In this document: positions 39,243-48,887 of the stretch, piece by piece
Layout: each line of letters opens with the position of its first letter
Numbering within the stretch: position 1 is the stretch's first letter
Origin: an uncultured Clostridia bacterium
GTDB lineage: Bacteria > Bacillota > Clostridia > Christensenellales > UBA1242
DNA length: 64,000 nucleotides
Direction of reading: 5' to 3'
NCBI GenBank assembly: GCA_947382485.1
Contig: CANCYS010000003.1
Coordinates: forward strand, 115,337-179,336
The notes under the pieces: model-generated
The model's input: only the letters and a program-made list of their open reading frames with translations
What the model was told of the DNA's origin: nothing
Database searches by the model: none
Made by a program: the position numbers and the translations under genes

Positions 39243-39791
39243 CTATTCAGCCGAAGTGGTTGCAAGTGTTGCAATGATTTTTACTTTTACAGTGCTAACT
39301 TGTCCATCTGTGTAGGTTGAAGTGAGAATATATTCACTTGTGTTTGCTGACAAAATTAAATTGCAATAAGCATCTTCACCTGACTCATTGTCTAAGAGTT
39401 CAGAAAGTGAACCAGCATATCCATTTACATTTTTGTCATCGGCATAAACCTTTGTTACATTGCCTTTGATTTCAAATTTTGAAATTGTTCTTTCTGTGTC
39501 AAACTTGAATTTTAAAACTACAACATGTGTAACATCATCTACACCATAAACATTTTTTTGTGAATCTGACATTACATTGATTGTTCCTTGAACAGTCACT
39601 GTGTTGCAGTCAGTTTTGAGTTTTACTCCATCGCCATTTTCAAATTGAATTTCTCCAAGCATTGCATTTGTCAGTTCAACTTTTTCTGGTGTCTGCTGAC
39701 ATTTTTGTTTGCCACATGCAGAACTAAACACCATACATACGGCAAAAATTGCAACAACAAATACATACGCTAACTTATTAAATCTTTTCAT
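39243..39791 (-). CDS. hypothetical lipoprotein (paralog of 39857-40345)
   Basis: Lipobox SSAC; shared DDVTHVV motif. Confidence 0.78.
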   Translation of the reverse strand: MKRFNKLAYVFVVAIFAVCMVFSSACGKQKCQQTPEKVELTNAMLGEIQFENGDGVKLKTDCNTVTVQGTINVMSDSQKNVYGVDDVTHVVVLKFKFDTERTISKFEIKGNVTKVYADDKNVNGYAGSLSELLDNESGEDAYCNLILSANTSEYILTSTYTDGQVSTVKVKIIATLATTSAE

Positions 39792-39856
39792 AAATACTCC
39801 AATATCTTAAAACTTTTATTTAAATTTGTGATTATTTGCGTTTTTTTATTTACATA

Positions 39857-40345
39857 TTACTTTAAATTTAAATCCGCTGAAAAATATACTACATAGTTAA
39901 GTTCTTCGGCATCTTTATTCCATTTAACAGAAATTGTTGATGTGTTATCTGGAACTGCTTCCAAGATTATAAAAGTATAATCTGAACCATTCAAGTGCTC
40001 AGCATCATATGCCCTGCTTCCGTTTACTGAAATTTGAACTTCATCTTTTACTACTTTTGTTTTGATTGCTGTGAGTTTGATTGCAACGACATGTGTAACA
40101 TCGTTATCAATTTTAAATTCTTTTTTTACTGTTTCATTATCTATCTTTTCTACACTACCTGAAATTGTATATACGTTGTTTTTATCGCTTGAAATTTTTA
40201 CACCAACATTTGCAAATGTGTAACTGTCATGGATTCTGTCTCCTGCTCCCATAAGTTCAATCGCACTGCAACACTTTCCATTTCCACAACCCACAAAAAT
40301 AAAAAGTCCAAGAGCAATCAAACATAAACTTAAAAACCTTTTCAT
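39857..40345 (-). CDS. hypothetical lipoprotein (paralog of 39243-39791)
   Basis: Lipobox FVGC; shared NDVTHVV motif; AGGAG RBS. Confidence 0.78.
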   Translation of the reverse strand: MKRFLSLCLIALGLFIFVGCGNGKCCSAIELMGAGDRIHDSYTFANVGVKISSDKNNVYTISGSVEKIDNETVKKEFKIDNDVTHVVAIKLTAIKTKVVKDEVQISVNGSRAYDAEHLNGSDYTFIILEAVPDNTSTISVKWNKDAEELNYVVYFSADLNLK

Positions 40346-40447
40346 ATTATTTTCTCCTAACCTTATTATGGAACTATATTTTTTAAATTATGTATTAGTT
40401 TAAAATTTGCACAAAAAAAATGCGACACAAATCGCATCTTTTTAAAT

Positions 40448-40987
40448 TTAATTTTTAGGATTTTCAAAAGTGTTTTCAAATGCTTCAATACATTCTTGAA
40501 CTGTTGCAACAGCTTCTTCTCTTCCACTTATACTTTCAATGATAACTGGTTTATTTTCTAGTTGTTTATAAACTTTAAGGAAATGAATTAATTCATCAAA
40601 GATGTGTTTTGGAAGTTCTGAAATATCATGAAATGAATTGTTTTGTGGGTCACCAAATGGAATTGCAATTATCTTTTGATCCATTTCATCACCGTCTATC
40701 ATTTTGATTACACCAATTGGATAGCATCTTACAATGCTCATTTTCTCGATTGGCTGACTACACATTACAAATACGTCTAACGGGTCGTTATCTGGACTTA
40801 ATGTTCTTGGAATGAAACCATAGTTCATTGGATAATAAGTCGCAGTGAATAAAACTCTATCAAGAATGATTAAAGAAGTTTCTTTATCAAGTTCGTACTT
40901 ATTTTTACCACCCTGTTCTATTTCTATAAAACAAATAAAATCGTCACTTTTAATTCTTTCTTTATTAAACTCTTTCCAAATATTCAT
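40448..40987 (-). CDS. ppa: family I inorganic pyrophosphatase
   Basis: KNKYE, LDR, YPMNYGFIP, DNDPLDV, DQKIIA, YKQLE. Confidence 0.95.
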   Translation of the reverse strand: MNIWKEFNKERIKSDDFICFIEIEQGGKNKYELDKETSLIILDRVLFTATYYPMNYGFIPRTLSPDNDPLDVFVMCSQPIEKMSIVRCYPIGVIKMIDGDEMDQKIIAIPFGDPQNNSFHDISELPKHIFDELIHFLKVYKQLENKPVIIESISGREEAVATVQECIEAFENTFENPKN

Positions 40988-41057
40988 ATTTTCTCCACTT
41001 AAAATAATAACTATTGTAGCATGACAAATTGTCAAAGTCAACAATAGTTATTCCTAT

Positions 41058-42074
41058 CTATTTTTTATTTCTAAAATTTTGTTTTCGATGCAAAACAGAA
41101 TCAACAACTAGTAAATTTTTTGCATCAAGATTTATGTCATCTTCTTCAAATTCATCATCTTGCTCATCATCAGATTTTATAACTGGCTCATTCGCCATGA
41201 CTCTTGCAAGTTCATCTCTTCGTCTATTTTCTGCCCAATCTTTCATGAAATCTTTATCATTTCTGATTGATGTGTTTGAAAGTTCTTCTTTTTCTTCACC
41301 TTGAATTGCAACCTTGACTCCACTGTTTGCAAGCATTTTACTTGTTCTTGCAAACAATTTTTCTGAAAAAGAGTCACCAATGTTCAAATGTCTTTCTATA
41401 TCTATATCTAAATAATCATCTGAAACATGTGATTTAAACATGCCATCAAAATCATCTGCTTCGATTGATTTTGACAATCTTTTTGTTTTATCAAAATATT
41501 GGCTTTTATCTCTTGGTTTTCTTATATATCTTTTTCTTGTTGGTTTTGTAGTTTCTGGTTCAATTATTTGTTCAATTTCAGGTTCTGGCAATATTTCATT
41601 TTCATCTATAATATCTTCATACTTCTCACTGACGCTTGAAATTTTTGAAATTCGTTTAGAAGTTTTTACAAACTGCTTATTACGCATAAACGCTTGTTCA
41701 CGCTCGTCAAGTTCTCTATCATCTTTTTCTTGAACCACTTGTGATTTCTTTGGTTCAAAAACTCTTGTGACTTCTCTTTTATGCTTTTCTTTCCAAGTTT
41801 TATTTTTTTTCTTATCTTCTTCTTCAACCTCAGAAACTTTTTTGTTTATGCTTTCAATGTCTACTTTTATTTTTTGTTCTATTTCAGATTCATCTTGATT
41901 TGAATCATCTTGCGACTTTTCTGAAATTTTATCATCTTTTTTCTTATCGTCTTTTTTATTTTTTTTGTTTCCTTTTGGTGCTTTTACAAATATGAAGAAC
42001 AAAACTATCAAAACTATGGCTAATATTGAAAAAAGTACAATTAATAAGGGATTAGACATTAACCAATCAAACAT
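41058..42074 (-). CDS. hypothetical membrane-anchored, highly charged protein
   Basis: Single N-terminal TM then K/E/D-rich region; directly downstream of floA. Confidence 0.75.
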   Translation of the reverse strand: MFDWLMSNPLLIVLFSILAIVLIVLFFIFVKAPKGNKKNKKDDKKKDDKISEKSQDDSNQDESEIEQKIKVDIESINKKVSEVEEEDKKKNKTWKEKHKREVTRVFEPKKSQVVQEKDDRELDEREQAFMRNKQFVKTSKRISKISSVSEKYEDIIDENEILPEPEIEQIIEPETTKPTRKRYIRKPRDKSQYFDKTKRLSKSIEADDFDGMFKSHVSDDYLDIDIERHLNIGDSFSEKLFARTSKMLANSGVKVAIQGEEKEELSNTSIRNDKDFMKDWAENRRRDELARVMANEPVIKSDDEQDDEFEEDDINLDAKNLLVVDSVLHRKQNFRNKK

Positions 42075-42095
42075 AATATCAAACCCCCTATTTTA

Positions 42096-43250
42096 TTATT
42101 TATTATCTGTGTTATTTTTCTTCTGACTAGCAGCAAGACTTGCAAACCTTGCAGCAAGCGGATTCATTTGTGGTGTAAAACTTGAACCACCAAATCCTGA
42201 ATTTTGCATTGGTGCTTTTGGAATCGGTGCATTTGTGTTGGCTGCTTCTTTCTTTTGTGCGGCAATTCTTTCTGATTTATTTTCTTCTGTTTTACTGAGA
42301 GAATTTCTCATTGCTGTGTCTGCTTGTATGTTTTGCATTTCATAATAATCATTAACAGAAATCTTTCCAGATGAAAGTGCTTTTGCAAGTGCTTTTGGAA
42401 CTTCGGCTTCTGCTCTTATAACTTCTGCTCTCATTTCTTGTACACGAGCCTTCATTTCATTTTCAGCAGCAATCGCCATACTCTTACGCTCTTCTGCTTT
42501 TGATTGAGCAATTCTCTTTTCAGCTTCTGCCTTTGCAATGTTAAGTTCTGCATCAATGTTTCTTCCTACATCAATGTCAGCTATGTCAAGTGATGAAATG
42601 TAATATGCTGTTCCTCTGTCAAGTCCCTTTTCAAGAACCGTTGATGAAATGAGTTCTGGACTTTCCAAAATCATTTTATGTGAATCAGTTGAACCTACGG
42701 TTGTTACGATACCTTCACCAACCCTCGCAATAATTGTGTCTTCGCCTGCACCAGATATCTGCATTAACATGTTTGACACAACAGTTACTTTCGCTTTAAC
42801 AATAAGTTCGATACCGTCTTTTGCAACGGCTGAGATTTCAGGTGTTTCAATAATTTTTGGAACGACTGTATTTCGAACCGCTTCATAAACATCTCTTCCC
42901 GCAAGGTCAATAGCTTTTGCTTTTTGAACTGTAAGGTCTATGTTTGCAGAGAATGCTGCAACAAGTGCCTTAACAAGATTTTCAACATTACCACCTGACA
43001 TGTAATGGGTTTCAAGTTCATCAACCGAAATTTTCAAACCCGCCTTTCGTGCTGTGATATAATTTAATATAATTAGTTGTGAATCTACTTTTCTTAGTTT
43101 CATACCAATAAGTCTAAACATAGAAATATGGGCAGATGAAACAAATGCCCTAAACCAAAGTTTTAGTGGTGTCATACACAAAACTATGATAAGTCCAATT
43201 AATAATAGTCCACCAATTACTGACAGTGCAATTATCCAGCCAACGCTCAT
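42096..43250 (-). CDS. floA: flotillin-like protein FloA (YqfA)
   Basis: LIGMKLRKV, LETHYMSGG, AIDLAGRD, IARVGEGIV, DIADIDVGRN, EAEVPKA, ADTAMR. Confidence 0.95.
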   Translation of the reverse strand: MSVGWIIALSVIGGLLLIGLIIVLCMTPLKLWFRAFVSSAHISMFRLIGMKLRKVDSQLIILNYITARKAGLKISVDELETHYMSGGNVENLVKALVAAFSANIDLTVQKAKAIDLAGRDVYEAVRNTVVPKIIETPEISAVAKDGIELIVKAKVTVVSNMLMQISGAGEDTIIARVGEGIVTTVGSTDSHKMILESPELISSTVLEKGLDRGTAYYISSLDIADIDVGRNIDAELNIAKAEAEKRIAQSKAEERKSMAIAAENEMKARVQEMRAEVIRAEAEVPKALAKALSSGKISVNDYYEMQNIQADTAMRNSLSKTEENKSERIAAQKKEAANTNAPIPKAPMQNSGFGGSSFTPQMNPLAARFASLAASQKKNNTDNK

Positions 43251-43417
43251 AATTCACCTCCATTATTACGAAAATTATAACATAATTATATATAAAAATC
43301 AATACTAACGTAAAAATTAATTATCAATTTATAACAAAACAAATAGTTATATATATGGCTATTTTTTGGAATAAAAAACGCAAAAACCATTAGATTTTTG
43401 CGTAAAATTACTAAAAT

Positions 43418-44023
43418 TTAGTATTTTGAATTATTTTTTATATTCTTCTCAATTTTTTGTTTATAAAAAATCCCATATTTTTTTCTGGCATCAATATCTG
43501 CTTGTTCATATCTATAAAGCACTGCATTATACGTGTTTTGGAAATCTTCTTCTGCCTGATATTTCCCTTTATGTCGCTTCAAAAGTTTGAGAGAATACTT
43601 TTGTGCATCTCTCTCTATTGACTGATTGTTATACATAACATTGTCTGCGGAAGATGAAAAATAACCAAACCAATTTCTCTTCCAACGCTTTGCCCTGAAC
43701 TCATACCATCTTAATTCACGGTTTATGAGCGTAAATTGATAAGCATGTCTTGTTTCGTGAGCAATTGTTTCCATTGCATGAAAACGATATTTTGGTTCAT
43801 AAATGAGTTTGTCATTAAGATATATTACCCTATTATCTCCAACAACGGTGAATGCTCCAAAACAATTCCAATGATCACTGTCTTCTTTTAATTCAAGTTT
43901 AATTGGTTCGATTTCAAGCATTCGTGCAACTTTTTTTTCGAGTGCACGCAAAATAACAAACCTTTTTTCAGGTGTGTATTTTTTCCATTTTTTTAATTTG
44001 AATTTCGAAAATAAAAATAACAT
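43418..44023 (-). CDS. hypothetical zincin-like metallopeptidase
   Basis: TIAHETRHAYQ (HExxH) followed by YNNQSIERDA. Confidence 0.7.
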   Translation of the reverse strand: MLFLFSKFKLKKWKKYTPEKRFVILRALEKKVARMLEIEPIKLELKEDSDHWNCFGAFTVVGDNRVIYLNDKLIYEPKYRFHAMETIAHETRHAYQFTLINRELRWYEFRAKRWKRNWFGYFSSSADNVMYNNQSIERDAQKYSLKLLKRHKGKYQAEEDFQNTYNAVLYRYEQADIDARKKYGIFYKQKIEKNIKNNSKY

Positions 44024-44076
44024 TTTATCACCTACTTAAATTATATCATATTTTTGGCTTACTATCAACAATTTAA

Positions 44077-44105
44077 TTGATTACACTTTTTCAAAATATT
44101 ATAAT
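44077..44105 (+). promoter_or_regulatory. sigmaA promoter of leaderless ogg
   Basis: TTGATT-17-TATAAT-6 nt-ATG(44112). Confidence 0.8.
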
Positions 44106-44111
44106 GTATTT

Positions 44112-44942
44112 ATGATTTATAAATTAGAAAAAGATAAAATTATTGTAACTGACAAAAGTCAGTTTAACCCAAAACATATTCTTGAATGCGGTCAAGTTTT
44201 TAGATTTGGAACTGACGAACAAGGAAATTATTTTGTCATTTCAAAAGACTTTAAAGCAACTATTATTGAAAAAGAAAATTGCTATGAAATTGTGTCAAAC
44301 AACCCAGAATATTTTGTTAAGTATTTTGACCTTGACACAGACTATAACTTGATTAAAGAAAAACTTAAAAGAAATAAAGTTTTATCACCCATGGTTGACT
44401 ATGGTTATGGCATAAGAATTTTGAAAGCAGATTCTCATGAAATGATTTTTTCATTCATCATTTCACAAAACAACAATATTAAAAGAATACAAAAAATTAT
44501 TGATAAACTCTGCACTATTGGAAAAGTTTCTGACAATTACAACTGTTTCCCTACTATTGCTGAACTTTCTGATGCTTCTCTTGAATTTTATCAATCACTT
44601 GGTGCTGGATATCGTGACAAATTTTTAAAAGCAACTGCCGACGCCTTGAAAGATGTTGACCTTGAAGAAATTAAAAAACTTTCAACTGATGAAATTTATG
44701 ACTTTTTAATTAAACTTACTGGTGTTGGCCCTAAGGTTGCAAGTTGCATACTATTATTTGGATTTGGTAAGAAAGATAAATTTCCTGTTGACACTTGGAT
44801 TGAACAAGTTTATTACAACCACTTTTCAAGCGAGAAACGAAGCAGACCAGAAATTCAAAGATATTTTGAAAATGAATTTAAAGAAAATTCTGGACTTGCA
44901 CAGCAATATTTGTTTTACTTTGAAAGAGAAAATGGAAAATAA
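44112..44942 (+). CDS. 8-oxoguanine DNA glycosylase (OGG1-like)
   Basis: ECGQVFR, GIRIL, SQNNNIKRI, GAGYR, GVGPKVA, FPVDTW, AQQYLF. Confidence 0.93.
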   Translation: MIYKLEKDKIIVTDKSQFNPKHILECGQVFRFGTDEQGNYFVISKDFKATIIEKENCYEIVSNNPEYFVKYFDLDTDYNLIKEKLKRNKVLSPMVDYGYGIRILKADSHEMIFSFIISQNNNIKRIQKIIDKLCTIGKVSDNYNCFPTIAELSDASLEFYQSLGAGYRDKFLKATADALKDVDLEEIKKLSTDEIYDFLIKLTGVGPKVASCILLFGFGKKDKFPVDTWIEQVYYNHFSSEKRSRPEIQRYFENEFKENSGLAQQYLFYFERENGK

Positions 44943-44970
44943 AAAGCCAAGCAAATTGCTTGGCTTTTTT
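44942..44970. terminator. bidirectional intrinsic terminator
   Basis: aaaagccaagcaa-a-ttgcttggctttt between convergent genes. Confidence 0.85.
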
Positions 44971-44975
44971 AATAA

Positions 44976-45926
44976 TTATTCACCTTTTTCAGAAAACTTT
45001 CCTATTGTATATGATTGACTAGAAATGTATGAAATGTAATCAATCATTTGATTAAGTTCTCTACATATATCTTTTGCCTTTCCAACAGTGATTGTTGTTC
45101 TGTCAAGTGGCATTGGATTTCTTTTTACAAAATTTGCAAATCTAACATCTACAAAATTTTTATATAAATCGTAAGTTGATGTTGGAACTTGTTTTTCTAA
45201 ATCTCTCATAAAATCTTTAACAAGTTCATCATATAATTCGTTTGCTTTATCGATGTATGCAAGTCTTTCCTTTTCTAATTTGCTTATGCTTGGAACTGAT
45301 TTTTCTTCACTGTTTGTAGCAGGTTGAACTTTTTGTTCTGATTTTGTTTCAGTTCCATAAAGTTCAGGATAATCATATATATTAAATGAGTGACATGCTT
45401 CAACAAAACTATCATTATTTCCAAGACCAAAGTCATCAATTTCATTCACAATATTGATAATTGAATCTAAATTGATTTCAAATCTATTGTTGTAATTTTT
45501 AATGATTCTCATAAATTCATCTTTATCATTAACATTAGATAAAACCCTGTCTGTCTTTTTGATTAATTCAAACAAAGAAACTACTCTATCTATTAATCTA
45601 ACATAATTTGAAAAAACTTCACGATTGCTTGATTCACCAAAATATTCATATTTCAATACAACAGAATTTTTGTCTAAGTTCAATTTAGTAAGTCCATTTT
45701 GAAAACTCTTAATATCTGTATACAAATTTCTTAAATTTGTAAGATATTCTTCTACACTAAATGGTTTTTCATTTTCTAAAATTTTACTATTATGTGCTAC
45801 GAATGCAGTTGTGAAAAGATTTTCTAACACGCTATTATAAATTCCTGTCATTACATATGCAATGTTTTCGCCTTCGATTACTTTTAATTCTTCTAAACTT
45901 TTTGAATCTTTATTCATATTTTCCAT
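44976..45926 (-). CDS. hypothetical protein
   Basis: Long ORF; AGGAG RBS before ATG at 45926. Confidence 0.7.
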   Translation of the reverse strand: MENMNKDSKSLEELKVIEGENIAYVMTGIYNSVLENLFTTAFVAHNSKILENEKPFSVEEYLTNLRNLYTDIKSFQNGLTKLNLDKNSVVLKYEYFGESSNREVFSNYVRLIDRVVSLFELIKKTDRVLSNVNDKDEFMRIIKNYNNRFEINLDSIINIVNEIDDFGLGNNDSFVEACHSFNIYDYPELYGTETKSEQKVQPATNSEEKSVPSISKLEKERLAYIDKANELYDELVKDFMRDLEKQVPTSTYDLYKNFVDVRFANFVKRNPMPLDRTTITVGKAKDICRELNQMIDYISYISSQSYTIGKFSEKGE

Positions 45927-46064
45927 AATTTCTCCTAAACAGAACATAGTATAACATACAAAACAACAACTGTAAATACCCATTTTAAAATTATTACTTT
46001 TATTTATAAATAAAAAGATGGCAGATTGCCATCTTTTTGATTTTAACTTATTAATGTGTTTCTT

Positions 46065-46469
46065 CTAACAAATAATTTCTGGACTTTCATAGGTTGAATG
46101 AATTTTTGCTTCCATATTTTCAAGATAAAACACTTCAAAAATTTTATCACTTTCACTATACATTTTACGAAGCGATGGGTTTGCTTCAAGCATTGCCCTT
46201 TTTGCTTCAACTCTTGTGTCTCTAACTGCACAGCCACGAACTCTTATCCATCTATCTTCTGCAAGACTTGCACAAAGTTCAATCTTTGGATTTTCTGTAA
46301 TTTGATAAAAAGCACTCTTATGATTGTTTGTGTAAAAATATATTTTATCTTCAAACTCCATAACAGCATTAAATGGCCTTACATTTGGCTGGTCACCATC
46401 AAGTGTTGCAAAGTAAAATGCTTGTGCTTGTTTTAAAAGTCTAACTATTCTTTCGTTTTTATTATTCAT
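46065..46469 (-). CDS. pyridoxamine 5'-phosphate oxidase-like (split-barrel flavin-binding) protein
   Basis: FATLDGDQPNVRPF, YFYT..K, QITENPKIE, WIRV. Confidence 0.88.
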   Translation of the reverse strand: MNNKNERIVRLLKQAQAFYFATLDGDQPNVRPFNAVMEFEDKIYFYTNNHKSAFYQITENPKIELCASLAEDRWIRVRGCAVRDTRVEAKRAMLEANPSLRKMYSESDKIFEVFYLENMEAKIHSTYESPEIIC

Positions 46470-46593
46470 TTTATCACCTCAGTATAAATTTAGTTTATCA
46501 TTTGCGAATGAAAAACACAACTAAATATAATAGTCAGAAATAACTTAGTATGTTTAGGCAATAAAAAAAGTGGTTTTAAACCACTTTAATTTT

Positions 46594-46878
46594 TTATTTA
46601 TCTGCTGGAATAACAGAAACTCTTTTTTTATCTTTTCCAAATTTATCAAACTTTACAGTTCCGTCAATCTTTGCATAAAGTGTGTCATCATCGCCAATTC
46701 CAACATTTTCACCTGGATGAACATTTGTTCCTCTTTGACGAACAATGATGTTTCCACCTTTAACTTTTTCACCGCCGTATTTCTTAACGCCAAGTCTTTG
46801 AGCATTTGAATCACGACCGTTTTTAACAGAACCACCACCTTTGTGGTGAGCGAATAACTGGATATTAATAAACATCAT
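46594..46878 (-). CDS. rpmA: 50S ribosomal protein L27 (with Prp-cleaved N-terminal extension)
   Basis: [30 protein letters not shown]. Confidence 0.98.
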   Translation of the reverse strand: MMFINIQLFAHHKGGGSVKNGRDSNAQRLGVKKYGGEKVKGGNIIVRQRGTNVHPGENVGIGDDDTLYAKIDGTVKFDKFGKDKKRVSVIPADK

Positions 46879-47209
46879 AAGATTTTACCTCCAATTCAAT
46901 ATAATCAGAAAAACTTTCATTTAAATCAGAAATTCCACAAAGCATTGTATCTAATATTGCAGATGCTTGAATGGTTTGCTGTTCTGAAAGGTTTTCAGGT
47001 AATGTGAATTTTAAATAGCCTTTTTCATCATCTCTTTTCATGTCAAGTTCTAAGAGTGCTACCATCAAAAGACCTAGCACTGCGGTTTGAACTATGCTTG
47101 AAAGCGATGCACAAACTATATCTTCACCCTTTTCTCCATACATTGTGTGACCATCACACTCGACTTCGAAAATTTTGTTATCTTTTTTTAAAATTGTTAC
47201 TTTTGTCAT
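46865..47209 (-). CDS. prp: ribosomal-processing cysteine protease Prp
   Basis: DGH...GEDIVCAS; lies between rplU and rpmA. Confidence 0.95.
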   Translation of the reverse strand: MTKVTILKKDNKIFEVECDGHTMYGEKGEDIVCASLSSIVQTAVLGLLMVALLELDMKRDDEKGYLKFTLPENLSEQQTIQASAILDTMLCGISDLNESFSDYIELEVKSYDVY

Positions 47210-47225
47210 TTTTTACTCTCAATTT

Positions 47226-47534
47226 TTATTTTTCAATTGAAATAACTTTGAGTTTTGTGTATGGTTGACGATGACCTTGTTTCTTTCTTTCGTTCTTCTT
47301 TGCTTTGTATTTGTAAACAACTACTTTTGATTCTTTTCCAAATTCCAAAACTTCACAAACAGCTTTTGCTTTTTTGCTTGTTGAACTTGCAATGTCAACC
47401 TTTTCACCATCAGCAACAAGCAAACATGGAAGTTCAACCTTATCACCAACTTTTGCATCAATTTTTTCTGCTTTAAAGTATTTGTTTGGTTCAACTTTGT
47501 ATTGCTTTCCACCAACTTCAACGATTGCGTACAT
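47226..47534 (-). CDS. rplU: 50S ribosomal protein L21
   Basis: MYAIVEVGGKQYKV, GHRQPYTKL. Confidence 0.98.
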   Translation of the reverse strand: MYAIVEVGGKQYKVEPNKYFKAEKIDAKVGDKVELPCLLVADGEKVDIASSTSKKAKAVCEVLEFGKESKVVVYKYKAKKNERKKQGHRQPYTKLKVISIEK

Positions 47535-47539
47535 AGTAT

Positions 47540-47632
47540 ATCCTCCTCTCTCCAGTCTCACTGCGAAGGTGCGTAAAACTTACGACTTGTTATTCTTCAT
47601 AAAGAAAAATACCTTTTACAAGTGGCACGCTA
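47540..47632 (-). ncRNA. L21 leader-like structured 5' UTR
   Basis: GCACCTTCGCAGTGAGACTGGAGAGAGGAGG directly upstream of rplU, below a TTGACA promoter (47659-47664). Confidence 0.6.
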
Positions 47633-47755
47633 ATAATTTAACACTTTACGCATGCTTATGTCAAGGTATTTTATAATAATTTATTATATATGCTTTTCTT
47701 TAAATTTTCCCTTTTCTATAATTGAGCAAAAGCTAGTAATGAATGTTTGTAAATT

Positions 47756-48610
47756 TTAAGCATATCCAGACTTTTTGTATAATTCCATTTCAGAAAGCAT
47801 GTTGACTGTTTCAAAATTATCATTAACAAACATGAAATTTACAAAATGATAATCGTCAATAAACTTAAACAGTGAATATAATGGTGTATCGCTTTTTACA
47901 TAAACATTCCTTTCAAGCAGACCTTTTTTGATTAATTTTAGTTTATGATTAACAAACATTTCCCTTCTAAATGATGTTCCTTTTGTTTCTTTGAAAAGCA
48001 AACACGCAAGATTTACACAAACAAAACCAAGTGTGAAATTGAAGTCGAAAAAGAACGAAACTAAAAATGCAACAAACATCATAAATATGAAACATATTGA
48101 AACTTTTTTTGTCTTTTTTAATGAGTCTTCTCTTTTATACTTTTTACTAAAAAGTGTTAAAATTATTCGACCCAAATCAAGTGGATATATTGGCAAAAAA
48201 TTGAACATAAAAATTCCAATATTAGCAAGCAAAACTTCGTTTAAATATTCATAAGATTCTGGATAAAACCAAAAAGATAAATAGCAAAAAATAATTACAC
48301 AAACATTTAACATTGGGCCTGCGAGTACTATTTTTATTTCATCAGAAATTGAAAAATCATCAAGTCCTTCAAGTGATGCACCAAAAAAATTTAAATGAAT
48401 TTTTGAAGCCATATAGCCAAGTTTTTTAGCAACAAAAAAATGTGAGAGTTCATGCAAAACTAAGAATGATACAAAACATAAATATAGTTTTACCTCGCCA
48501 ATCACAATCGCTATAAAAAGTATCAAAAAGAACGAAAAGTCTATTTTTACAAACTTAAACAAATTGACACTTTTTCGCATTTTTTGTCTAAAATTATTAA
48601 ATTTTTGCAT
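47756..48610 (-). CDS. spoIVFB: SpoIVFB-like M50 intramembrane metalloprotease (start uncertain)
   Basis: HELSH, AGP, NFLPIYPLDLGR; minD-spoIVFB-rplU synteny. Confidence 0.8.
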   Translation of the reverse strand: MQKFNNFRQKMRKSVNLFKFVKIDFSFFLILFIAIVIGEVKLYLCFVSFLVLHELSHFFVAKKLGYMASKIHLNFFGASLEGLDDFSISDEIKIVLAGPMLNVCVIIFCYLSFWFYPESYEYLNEVLLANIGIFMFNFLPIYPLDLGRIILTLFSKKYKREDSLKKTKKVSICFIFMMFVAFLVSFFFDFNFTLGFVCVNLACLLFKETKGTSFRREMFVNHKLKLIKKGLLERNVYVKSDTPLYSLFKFIDDYHFVNFMFVNDNFETVNMLSEMELYKKSGYA

Positions 48611-48622
48611 AATATTCATTAA

Positions 48623-48651
48623 AATATATGAAAATTGTGCGTTAAATATGC
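48623..48651 (-). promoter_or_regulatory. sigmaE-like sporulation promoter
   Basis: GCATATT-14 nt-CATATATT upstream of the spoIVFB-like gene. Confidence 0.55.
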
Positions 48652-48887
48652 AAATTTGTATAAAAGAAATTGTCAACCAAACAATCAATTTGAATGATAT
48701 ATTTATTTGAACTTAACACTTTGACATTAAGTTTTAAGGCTTCTTCATCAACAATGCCATACCTTTTAAAAACATTTAAAATATCAATTTTTAAATTTTT
48801 ACAAACATATACAGGAAGATCATATTTGTCGTAAACAATTTTCTTTTCAATCTCATTTTTAAGAATTTGCTTATTCAAATTTTTCAT
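48642..48887 (-). CDS. divergent MinE-like protein
   Basis: 81 aa, overlaps the minD stop; IVYDK...LKIDILNVFKRY..VDEEAL resembles MinE (L..DR...LK.DI..VISKY..ID). Confidence 0.55.
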   Translation of the reverse strand: MKNLNKQILKNEIEKKIVYDKYDLPVYVCKNLKIDILNVFKRYGIVDEEALKLNVKVLSSNKYIIQIDCLVDNFFYTNLHI

